Positions 19,395 through 26,695 of a stretch of 64,000 bases of DNA are shown here, in pieces. Numbering within the stretch: position 1 is the first letter of the stretch; each line of letters starts with the position of its first letter. The position numbers and the translations under genes were made by a program. This DNA is from a virus (lineage: Duplodnaviria > Caudoviricetes): the IMG/VR virus record IMGVR_UViG_3300049988_000375, positions 17,354 through 81,353 of that record; one strand, written 5' to 3'. The notes under the pieces were generated by a model. That model was not told the origin of the DNA. It made no database searches and saw only the letters and a program-made list of their open reading frames with translations.

Positions 19395-19697
19395 GTACTG
19401 CGGTTCGCGCCATGAAACAACAACCGGCAATGAAAGCCCCATTTGGCCTGCTCATAGTCTTGTGAACCGTCTAGCGTGATGCCGAATCGGAGAGCATGGG
19501 GTAGGTGGAGGCAATGTGATGAGCTAGGGGACGCTTCACAAACTCCCTGTACACGGACAAGACGCACCGGCTCCGGAAGCATCTTCTTAGTGCAGCAGAA
19601 AAAACGCCTAACTCCGTAGCGGTAGCTAATGGGGGAAGGGGGCGCTTTTTCTGCTGTTCCGAACTTCAACAACACACTCTCCATAAGCAGTCTTGTT

Positions 19698-20024
19698 ATG
19701 ATAACGGTTTGCAACAAGCACTACCACACAAAAACAGCCGCAGACCAATACGTAGGACGAGGCAATGTGCTGGGCAACCCATTCACGCACAAAGCAGGCA
19801 CCCTAGCAAAGTTCATTTGCAAAGACCGCGACGAGGCTGTGAATAGCTACCGTACCTACCTGCTCGAAAAGCTGGCCGCCAAAGACCCCGAAATCTGCGC
19901 TGAAATGAATCGGCTCTACAAGCTGGCAAAAGCTGGCGATTTGAATTTAGTGTGCTACTGCGCGCCTCAGCGCTGCCACGCTGACATTCTAAAGGAAGTA
20001 CTCGAATCAAAAATTAATGGTTGA
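19698..20024 (+). CDS. DUF4326-like protein
   Basis: YVGRG..LGNPF and LVCYCAPQRCHADIL motifs; likely start ATG 19698. Confidence 0.8.
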   Translation: MITVCNKHYHTKTAADQYVGRGNVLGNPFTHKAGTLAKFICKDRDEAVNSYRTYLLEKLAAKDPEICAEMNRLYKLAKAGDLNLVCYCAPQRCHADILKEVLESKING

Positions 20025-20072
20025 AGCGGAGCAAAGCGAGCATTCAACAAAAACCTTTTAACCGATAGCAAA

Positions 20073-20294
20073 ATGATTGACCGATTGTTGAAAGAACTGC
20101 CCGAGGTTGATGTGGTGATTGTTCACATCGAAGGCGCGTATCAGCAACTTGTTTATGGACTAAATGAGTGGCGCGAGCAAGGCGGCTGGCTCGGATTCCT
20201 AAAAAAGAATCATGTCTCTATCCGTCAGGTAAAAACAGAGCGGGCTAGAATGTCGGCTTTTGACTTTGCGAAAATGGGTGATTTTGCCGGTTGA
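20073..20294 (+). CDS. Hypothetical protein
   Basis: 73-aa ORF in the accessory operon. Confidence 0.5.
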   Translation: MIDRLLKELPEVDVVIVHIEGAYQQLVYGLNEWREQGGWLGFLKKNHVSIRQVKTERARMSAFDFAKMGDFAG

Positions 20295-20575
20295 TTATGC
20301 CACACGAAACCTATTGGGCGCCCTACCCAGCCCTAATGTCGCGACTAGGATTTGAGCGGCAGTCGAGGTGCGGCCGGCAGTGGGTGAAGAAAAATCCTGA
20401 CAACCCCGCTTCCCCCGATTTATTTATTGGGGAACTACCACGGCAGACCCTGCCGAACTTTCCTGCAAAGAAGGCCCCTACATTGTTTTTAGGGGCGAAT
20501 TGCAATCTGAGGAAGAACTTATTACTCTCTTACGACAAATCAGGTGGACATGAGCAAGCCAATCGTATACATTGA
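20291..20575 (+). CDS. Hypothetical protein
   Basis: 94-aa ORF filling the gap in the operon. Confidence 0.35.
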   Translation: MIMPHETYWAPYPALMSRLGFERQSRCGRQWVKKNPDNPASPDLFIGELPRQTLPNFPAKKAPTLFLGANCNLRKNLLLSYDKSGGHEQANRIH

Positions 20576-21347
20576 GCGCCACCCCGACGAACCGATGGGG
20601 GAGTGGGCACTTGCCGCGTGGCAAGGCTTTAAGTGGGATGGGTATGAAGTGCGCTTTGCCTTTCCCTTGCAAGAGGACTTGGCAAAGGGGAAAGGGGGCT
20701 GGAGTGGATATTACGACTACCCCACCGCTGAAATAATCCGCCTTATGCCCGACCGCCCATTTGTTGGGTCAGTCACTACTACTATGCGGCTTTTCCAGTA
20801 CTGGAATCGGCAGGTGCCCAAGCCCCTGAACGTGCCCGATGAGCTGCTGGCCTTCGCGGGTCGGCCGATTGAGCGCCTGCGGCTGGAAGATGCGCTGCTG
20901 CGAATGGAGGCCGACCACCGCCCGCAGTTCATCAAGCCCGCCGACGAGGCCAAGCTGTTCACGGGTGGGGTCGTGGCAACGCCCGCGCACGTCGCCTTTC
21001 TCTTTGCCGACCTGCACCCCGACACGCCCGTACTGCTCTCTCCCGAGATTAACCTGGTGACAGAATACCGGGTGTTCGTGAACCGTGACCGCGAGATTGC
21101 CGCCATGCGCCACTACTTGGGCGACCCCTTCGTGCGGCCGAGTAAGCTGTTCATTCGCAAGATGATTGACAGCTACACCGCCGCCCCGCGCTGCTATGCG
21201 CTCGACGTGGGTGTGACTGCCTCGGGCAAAACCGTTGTGGTCGAGTGCAACGACATGTGGGCCTTGGGGACATATGGAATGGACCCGGCAGCCTACTCTC
21301 GAATGCTGGCCCAGCGCTGGCACGAAATGATAACCAACCTTAAATAA
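20544..21347 (+). CDS. ATP-grasp enzyme, DUF4343 / R2K-like clade
   Basis: FVGSV, FIKPAD..KLFTG, EYRVFV, YALDVGV and VVECND motifs. Confidence 0.8.
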   Translation: MDMSKPIVYIERHPDEPMGEWALAAWQGFKWDGYEVRFAFPLQEDLAKGKGGWSGYYDYPTAEIIRLMPDRPFVGSVTTTMRLFQYWNRQVPKPLNVPDELLAFAGRPIERLRLEDALLRMEADHRPQFIKPADEAKLFTGGVVATPAHVAFLFADLHPDTPVLLSPEINLVTEYRVFVNRDREIAAMRHYLGDPFVRPSKLFIRKMIDSYTAAPRCYALDVGVTASGKTVVVECNDMWALGTYGMDPAAYSRMLAQRWHEMITNLK

Positions 21348-21355
21348 CACCATCT

Positions 21356-21532
21356 ATGCCATACGAACAAACAGATGACGCGCAAGCCAAGGAATTGCTG
21401 GCAGAGTTGGAAAAGAAGGTTGACGAGACGCGAGTGCTAGTTCACCAACCTACTACCATCAATCTCTGCCCTGAGCATAATTACGAGCTAGCCATGCTCT
21501 TGGACGCAATGTATCAAACCTCGCAGAAGTAA
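21356..21532 (+). CDS. Small hypothetical protein (58 aa; not in the track)
   Basis: MPYEQTDDAQAKELLAELEKKVDE..., fills the gap between neighbours. Confidence 0.5.
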   Translation: MPYEQTDDAQAKELLAELEKKVDETRVLVHQPTTINLCPEHNYELAMLLDAMYQTSQK

Positions 21533-21535
21533 GCC

Positions 21536-21766
21536 ATGAAACACCTCTTTCGCTTTATCTGGTGGGGAGCCCTCGGCGGCGTCACTCTCGCCTGTATGGC
21601 CGTTTTCTACATAGCCATGCGCTTCCTGATTTACCCGCTGTGGAATTTCAGGGCGTGGCGAGACGCTGAACACCCCGACCACATTGTGCTGAGCGACTTC
21701 CGCTCGTTTCCCGCCGAAATCTGGCAGCGCATGATTGGCAAATACACAGAGCCCAAACTTAAATAA
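21536..21766 (+). CDS. Small membrane protein
   Basis: 76 aa with N-terminal TM helix. Confidence 0.55.
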   Translation: MKHLFRFIWWGALGGVTLACMAVFYIAMRFLIYPLWNFRAWRDAEHPDHIVLSDFRSFPAEIWQRMIGKYTEPKLK

Positions 21767-21774
21767 CTTGCTTC

Positions 21775-21990
21775 ATGAACGCTGACCAACTAACTGCACT
21801 TGCCATTGCCGCAGCACCGCCTTCAAGCAGTGGTGATAGCTACTGCTATACGGCGATTGATGCACAAGAAATTTACGAGCAAGCCTTTATGAAGGCTGTC
21901 AGAATGATAAGTAGCCAAGGCGACCGCCTCGTGATAAATGGAATGGTGCCAACCGAAGATGAGCTATTTAACCTTCTGACAGTCGAATAA
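21775..21990 (+). CDS. Hypothetical protein
   Basis: 71-aa ORF. Confidence 0.5.
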   Translation: MNADQLTALAIAAAPPSSSGDSYCYTAIDAQEIYEQAFMKAVRMISSQGDRLVINGMVPTEDELFNLLTVE

Positions 21991-21992
21991 CC

Positions 21993-22295
21993 ATGAACAG
22001 CATCTACCACTGCCTCGGCTTCTTCGTATTTTGGGGCTCAGTCATTATTGCCGCCTACTTCGGCGGCCTCGTTACGTGGGAGGCCGGCTGGTTCTTCCCC
22101 GTGCGGCGCAGAATAAAGCACCTGATAATCGCCTTCAAACTCATCTTCACCAACGAGCGGGTGTTGCTCGGGCGCAATTACTGCCGCACCATGATAGCGA
22201 TTGCTAACGGTCACAAGTGGGCAGGCTGGGAGCGCGACGTACTGGCTGCCCTGATTAAGCGCGCCCGCAAAAACAACTTCACACCCCTCAGCTAG
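21993..22295 (+). CDS. Small membrane protein
   Basis: 100 aa with N-terminal TM helix. Confidence 0.55.
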   Translation: MNSIYHCLGFFVFWGSVIIAAYFGGLVTWEAGWFFPVRRRIKHLIIAFKLIFTNERVLLGRNYCRTMIAIANGHKWAGWERDVLAALIKRARKNNFTPLS

Positions 22296-22297
22296 CC

Positions 22298-22747
22298 ATG
22301 AAAAAAGCGCAACCCCACGCCATGCCACCCGCCAGTCTGAGCGAGCTGGGTTACCTAGCCTCGCTGGCCCCGCGATTCTTTCGGGTGGTGAAAGATTTTG
22401 AGTCCTACGCGGAGCATAATAAAAGCGGCTACGGCCACGCTGACTACTTGCGGGCCGGCGATGTGATGCTAGCTGGCGGTAGCGTTCACCAAACAAAGGT
22501 TCGCATCGCTACGCCCACCAAGCGAACGCATTATTGCCTGCTGGGCCACGGCGTAACCGCAGACTACCGCGCCGATGGCGCTATTCGCCCACTCACCCGC
22601 AAAGAGTTCCTGGCGGTTATTCCGCACATGACGAGCCTTATCTGGTTCTCGGAGGGCCAGTACGAGTTGCGTAACATGATATGCCGCTTGCTGCTGACGG
22701 AGGGCGGCGAAGAAGAGGCACAGAAACTGATTGCTAAATACTACTAG
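22298..22747 (+). CDS. Hypothetical protein
   Basis: 149-aa ORF, tightly packed. Confidence 0.55.
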   Translation: MKKAQPHAMPPASLSELGYLASLAPRFFRVVKDFESYAEHNKSGYGHADYLRAGDVMLAGGSVHQTKVRIATPTKRTHYCLLGHGVTADYRADGAIRPLTRKEFLAVIPHMTSLIWFSEGQYELRNMICRLLLTEGGEEEAQKLIAKYY

Positions 22748-22749
22748 CC

Positions 22750-23058
22750 ATGCACCTCTCATCTGACGTTCTTCCCCGGCCAACGGCCAAGCTAGCAAAG
22801 CATAAGGGCTTTACTCATCGACCAGTTCGAGCAAATCAACTAGCGCAGTGGTTGCGCAAATTCCACGACCTGCACGTAAACGTTCAGCACAACATGCACT
22901 ATGCCTGGCAGGTGCAGGTGCAAGACATTAAGGGATATGATGGTACTGAGCGCACGATTGATGGCATGTGGCTAGCCAATGATTACCCCACCTATGAAGA
23001 AGCATTGGAGGCCGGCTTGCTACACGCGCTAACCCAACTGCCCGCTAGCCATGCGTGA
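22750..23058 (+). CDS. Phage hypothetical protein (YPTYEEALEAGL motif)
   Basis: 102-aa ORF, tightly packed. Confidence 0.6.
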   Translation: MHLSSDVLPRPTAKLAKHKGFTHRPVRANQLAQWLRKFHDLHVNVQHNMHYAWQVQVQDIKGYDGTERTIDGMWLANDYPTYEEALEAGLLHALTQLPASHA

Positions 23059-23287
23059 GCCACAGGAATACATCGAGGCCGCTTGGCAGGAATACCCCGA
23101 AGATTGGCCGCAGGGTGGAATCACCCACATTCCCATTGCCCAAGCTACGCGAGCTATTGAGGCGGCGCTAGCTGACGCGGAGCGCTACAAAGACCTGCTG
23201 CTGCGGGCTATCCGCAACAACTCAACTCCACCCTCGCTGCTTCTTCCACAGAGTGATAGCGATGAGCAGCAGGGCACAACACGCTAG
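23051..23287 (+). CDS. Hypothetical protein
   Basis: 78-aa ORF overlapping the upstream gene. Confidence 0.5.
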   Translation: MREPQEYIEAAWQEYPEDWPQGGITHIPIAQATRAIEAALADAERYKDLLLRAIRNNSTPPSLLLPQSDSDEQQGTTR

Positions 23288-23392
23288 CTGCCACGGCAGG
23301 GCGGTCAGGGCGTAGGGGTCGAAGAAGGCCAGCAGCAGGATGACTAGTAGCACTAGTTGCACCAGCGAGAGGAGGGTGGGCAGGATACGCAT
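23222..23392 (-). CDS. Possible two-TM small membrane protein
   Basis: MRILPTLLSLVQLVLLVILLLAFFDPYALTALPWQLACCALLLIAITLWKKQRGWS. Confidence 0.35.
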   Translation of the reverse strand: MRILPTLLSLVQLVLLVILLLAFFDPYALTALPWQLACCALLLIAITLWKKQRGWS

Positions 23393-23498
23393 ACGGAGCG
23401 GGTTGCTGCGCGTGAATATACTGCCCCCTTCTTCGTACCTTGCAAAAAGCAACACGCAGTAACTTATGGCAGAAGGAATACCCGGCTACAACCACTGC

Positions 23499-23529
23499 AA
23501 AAAGGCCCCGCACAGTGCGGGGCCTTTTT
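23499..23529. terminator. Bidirectional intrinsic terminator
   Basis: AAAAAGGCCCCGCAC/GTGCGGGGCCTTTTT. Confidence 0.85.
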
Positions 23530-23531
23530 GT

Positions 23532-24623
23532 TTAGGCAGCCTCTCTTGGGTGCATAGTCTTGTAGAAGTAAGACAGTGACCGCCCCCCTGGCACTAACGA
23601 GGCTATATCATTTTCGTGTAACAGGGTCAGCTTATTGCCTAGCGCTCTGAATAATTTGTGCTTTTCTAATTGGTCTTGCTTTTGGTGCCCCTTTACTTCA
23701 ATCCACTCATTAGTTAGCGGCAGATAAAAGTCAGGGCAATACCGACACTTTGGGGTGAAACAAAACCACTTGGGCTCGAATTGGAATGGAGTGCCATTTT
23801 CAATAAGGTGCTGAGCATAGATGAACTCAAAGCCTGACCTGAATTTAAGTAGCCGACCTTTGTGCGTAATGTGCCAGCGCGTGCGGTCGTCATTTTTTAG
23901 GCGGTTACGCATCATTTCGGGCGTTCTAGCACTAGTTGCCTCTCGTGCCCAGCACCCACAACTGCGCATACCCTTTTCTTTTACCTTTTTAGATAAACGT
24001 AAAAAATGGTTGCCACAATCACACTCGCAATTTAGCCAAACGCCCCTCTCATCCTTGTGGGAAAATGACTTAACTGCCACGCGATAGAATTTCTGGCCTA
24101 TTAATTTTTGCCAAGTTTCTTTCCCCGCGTTTGCGCAGGCTCTAGAGCAGAAATATTTTCTATCTACAAGGCATGGCTTTGTATTATACAGTACGCCACA
24201 TTCTTTGCAATTAACTGCAATTCTAATAGCCGCAGCTTCTGATTGACATGATTTAGAGCAATACTTCATGCCATTCCTAGTGCGGCGCATATCGTTGCCG
24301 CACTGATAGCATTGCGTAGTGCTTTCCCTGCGGTGAAACTCTGAGAAGCAAGTGCGCGAGCAGAAGGTAGCAGCCTTTTGGTGGTACTCGCGGGTAAAGG
24401 CTTGATTGCACTGCTTACAAGTGCCCGAAGCCTTTATGCCCACCGCTCTTTTGGGTCGAGGGGGACGCTTGCTTTCTGGTGGGCGAGCTGCCGCAATCTT
24501 GGATGCATTGTGCAGGGCTGCGCATTTGCGACTGCAATAAATATTTTTGATAGCCTTGCGCTTGCTTTTTGCAAACTCCGCATGGCAATGCTGGCAGATG
24601 GCTGTGTTTTCACCGGCTTTCAT
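23532..24623 (-). CDS. Free-standing PD-(D/E)XK endonuclease with Cys-rich Zn-finger repeats (homing endonuclease-like)
   Basis: Multiple CxxC...CSxxC repeats; RSGFE...FEP...YCPDFYLP...WIEVKG catalytic motif. Confidence 0.8.
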   Translation of the reverse strand: MKAGENTAICQHCHAEFAKSKRKAIKNIYCSRKCAALHNASKIAAARPPESKRPPRPKRAVGIKASGTCKQCNQAFTREYHQKAATFCSRTCFSEFHRRESTTQCYQCGNDMRRTRNGMKYCSKSCQSEAAAIRIAVNCKECGVLYNTKPCLVDRKYFCSRACANAGKETWQKLIGQKFYRVAVKSFSHKDERGVWLNCECDCGNHFLRLSKKVKEKGMRSCGCWAREATSARTPEMMRNRLKNDDRTRWHITHKGRLLKFRSGFEFIYAQHLIENGTPFQFEPKWFCFTPKCRYCPDFYLPLTNEWIEVKGHQKQDQLEKHKLFRALGNKLTLLHENDIASLVPGGRSLSYFYKTMHPREAA

Positions 24624-24706
24624 GTATCAAAGGTATATACAAAAGGTGTATAAGGCAAATACAATGAGTGCTTTTTTAAATCACCTCGTCTACATATCTT
24701 TGGCCC

Positions 24707-24874
24707 ATGAAAAATCCTAAGCAGAATCGCGACTTGCAACTAAACATCAAGGCCACCAAGGCAGAGAAGGATATGCTAGAGGCAGTGGCTAAGGCACGAG
24801 GCTTAAGCAGTTCTATGTTGGTAAGGATGCTGGTAGCAGACGAGGCGCGGCGGTTGGGTATTCAGCCGACTTAG
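24707..24874 (+). CDS. Ribbon-helix-helix (CopG/Arc-like) protein (55 aa; not in the track)
   Basis: MKNPKQNRDLQLNIKATKAEKDMLEAVAKARGLSSSMLVRMLVADEARRLGIQPT; TATCTTTG at 24695 just upstream. Confidence 0.75.
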   Translation: MKNPKQNRDLQLNIKATKAEKDMLEAVAKARGLSSSMLVRMLVADEARRLGIQPT

Positions 24875-24916
24875 CCCGCTATAATTGCGTATCTTGCAGG
24901 AAACAATTAGCCATTC

Positions 24917-26695
24917 ATGCCCACCATTCCAGGCGAGAATCTTGTTACCAACGGCCCCAGAACCGGAGCCGCTTACGTGCTCGGGCGCACCACGCCGGAT
25001 GCGCTCTCCATTCTCATGCAGGGCCAGCGGCAGCGTGATTACGCCGCCCGTCAGCAGGCTATTGCCAAGCAGAAGGCCGACGAGCTGGCCGCCAAAGACC
25101 TGAACGACAAGCTAAAGTACGAGGTGGACGGCAGCCACATATTCGGGGATACCCTGCAAAATCAGGTGTATAATCCATTGAACGATAAACTGGTGGGCGC
25201 CTTCAAGGCCAACCCAACCGACGCGTTCGCCCGCACCGCCGCCACCCGCCCACTGCTCGAAGGGGCGCAGAGCGAAACCCAGCAGAGCAAGCGGAAAACA
25301 GCCTTCATTGATGAGAATATCCGCAAGTTCCAATCGGATAGCAAGCTCTACAACCCCAAGTACGCCACCGAGAGCCTGGTAAAGAGCCTGCGCGACGAGG
25401 CTACCGGCCTAAACCGCCTGCCCTCGCAGTTCGATGAGGAAGCGTGGCTGGGTGCGTTGCAGGGCGATGCGGGCCTCTACAACGAGCCGGAGGTGATTCG
25501 CCGGGCCACGTCGGGGCTGCTGCCCACGGTGTCGCAGAAAATCAGCGAGGCGGGCACTATCGGCGGGCAGCACAGCTCGGACCTGGTGCGCGGCAAGCTC
25601 ATTGCCATGCAGAACGGCAAGCCTATTCTCAACGCCGATGGCAGCCCGAAGCTCAACCTCGGCGCCGACCTGCAAGGGCTGCTCGAAGCCGACCCGCTGT
25701 TTAAACTCAAGGTCGATGCCCGCGAGGCGGCTTACAACGCCAAGCGCGAAGCCGACCCTACCCTGCCGCAGGTGAGCCGGCGCGGCCACATCGCGCAGAT
25801 GGTCGGCCCCCTCGCGTTTTACGACACCGCTCACGACGAGGGCTTGAACCGCCTGCCCCCGCAACCTAAAAGTGCCGGCAAGGAGAAAGGCTTTGTGCCC
25901 GACGATGGCTCACTGGTGGAGGGCGACTACTCGGCTACGCTGCCCGCCACCGCCCCCGCCTACGCGGGCCTGCGCGACGACAAGGGTACCCCGGTTGGCT
26001 ACGACTTCTCGCAGGCTGCCGGCCCCCAAAAGACGTTTCAGCATCTAGGCCAGGGCAAGCAGCCTATCCTGAAAACGGCCAGTGGCGACTTGAAAGAGAA
26101 GCACACTGACGCTATCAAAATCAACAGCTACTACACGGAGGATGGCAAGGGCAATTTCTCGGAGGTGACCAACAACGTCACCCCGCAGGCGGGCGTGTTC
26201 GGTCCCTCGACGGTGGTAGCGGTGGATGTGAAAACGAATAAACCACTGTTCAGTAAGTCGCGGGAGGAACAGAAGCAGCTTATTGCCAGCGGAGCCGCCC
26301 GCCCGCAGCTATTCATCGACCTGGCCGCCGACAAGAACGAGAAGTTCGCCGCCGACAAGTCGCGGGTGCTGCGTGAACTGACCCAGGCCAATAACGACCC
26401 CGGCAACTTCAATAAGAAATCGCCGGCCGAATTGGAGGACCAGGCGACCAAGATTGTGAGCAAGGGTGTCACCCGCCACTTCATCCCCTACAACGCGCAG
26501 AACGCGCAGGCTATCGACCCCGTGACGGGCGGCCACTACCGCGCTGCCCTGAAAACGATGCTGCGCAGCTTCAAGCAGGGTGCCGCGCCCGCCCCCAAGG
26601 CGAAGGCCAACCCCCTCGGCTTCGGCGCGCCCGCCGCCAGCAAACCCTCGACCGCCCCCGCCGCTAAACCCAAAGCCAACCCACTTGGATTCTAA
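24917..26695 (+). CDS. Putative ejection/internal virion protein (592 aa)
   Basis: Helical N-half, position before the giant virion protein. Confidence 0.6.
   Translation: MPTIPGENLVTNGPRTGAAYVLGRTTPDALSILMQGQRQRDYAARQQAIAKQKADELAAKDLNDKLKYEVDGSHIFGDTLQNQVYNPLNDKLVGAFKANPTDAFARTAATRPLLEGAQSETQQSKRKTAFIDENIRKFQSDSKLYNPKYATESLVKSLRDEATGLNRLPSQFDEEAWLGALQGDAGLYNEPEVIRRATSGLLPTVSQKISEAGTIGGQHSSDLVRGKLIAMQNGKPILNADGSPKLNLGADLQGLLEADPLFKLKVDAREAAYNAKREADPTLPQVSRRGHIAQMVGPLAFYDTAHDEGLNRLPPQPKSAGKEKGFVPDDGSLVEGDYSATLPATAPAYAGLRDDKGTPVGYDFSQAAGPQKTFQHLGQGKQPILKTASGDLKEKHTDAIKINSYYTEDGKGNFSEVTNNVTPQAGVFGPSTVVAVDVKTNKPLFSKSREEQKQLIASGAARPQLFIDLAADKNEKFAADKSRVLRELTQANNDPGNFNKKSPAELEDQATKIVSKGVTRHFIPYNAQNAQAIDPVTGGHYRAALKTMLRSFKQGAAPAPKAKANPLGFGAPAASKPSTAPAAKPKANPLGF

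Noticed and set aside
24884-24897. ATTGCGTAT.TT element here and at ~33485-33498 (minus) as an eighth or ninth cassette
   Set aside because: Only a partial last site plus -7 box; the upstream sites at -26 and -58 are missing
26580-26695. Programmed frameshift fusing the 592-aa and giant ORFs
   Set aside because: It would need +1 slippage with no convincing shifty site; an in-frame TTG at 26685 explains the overlap
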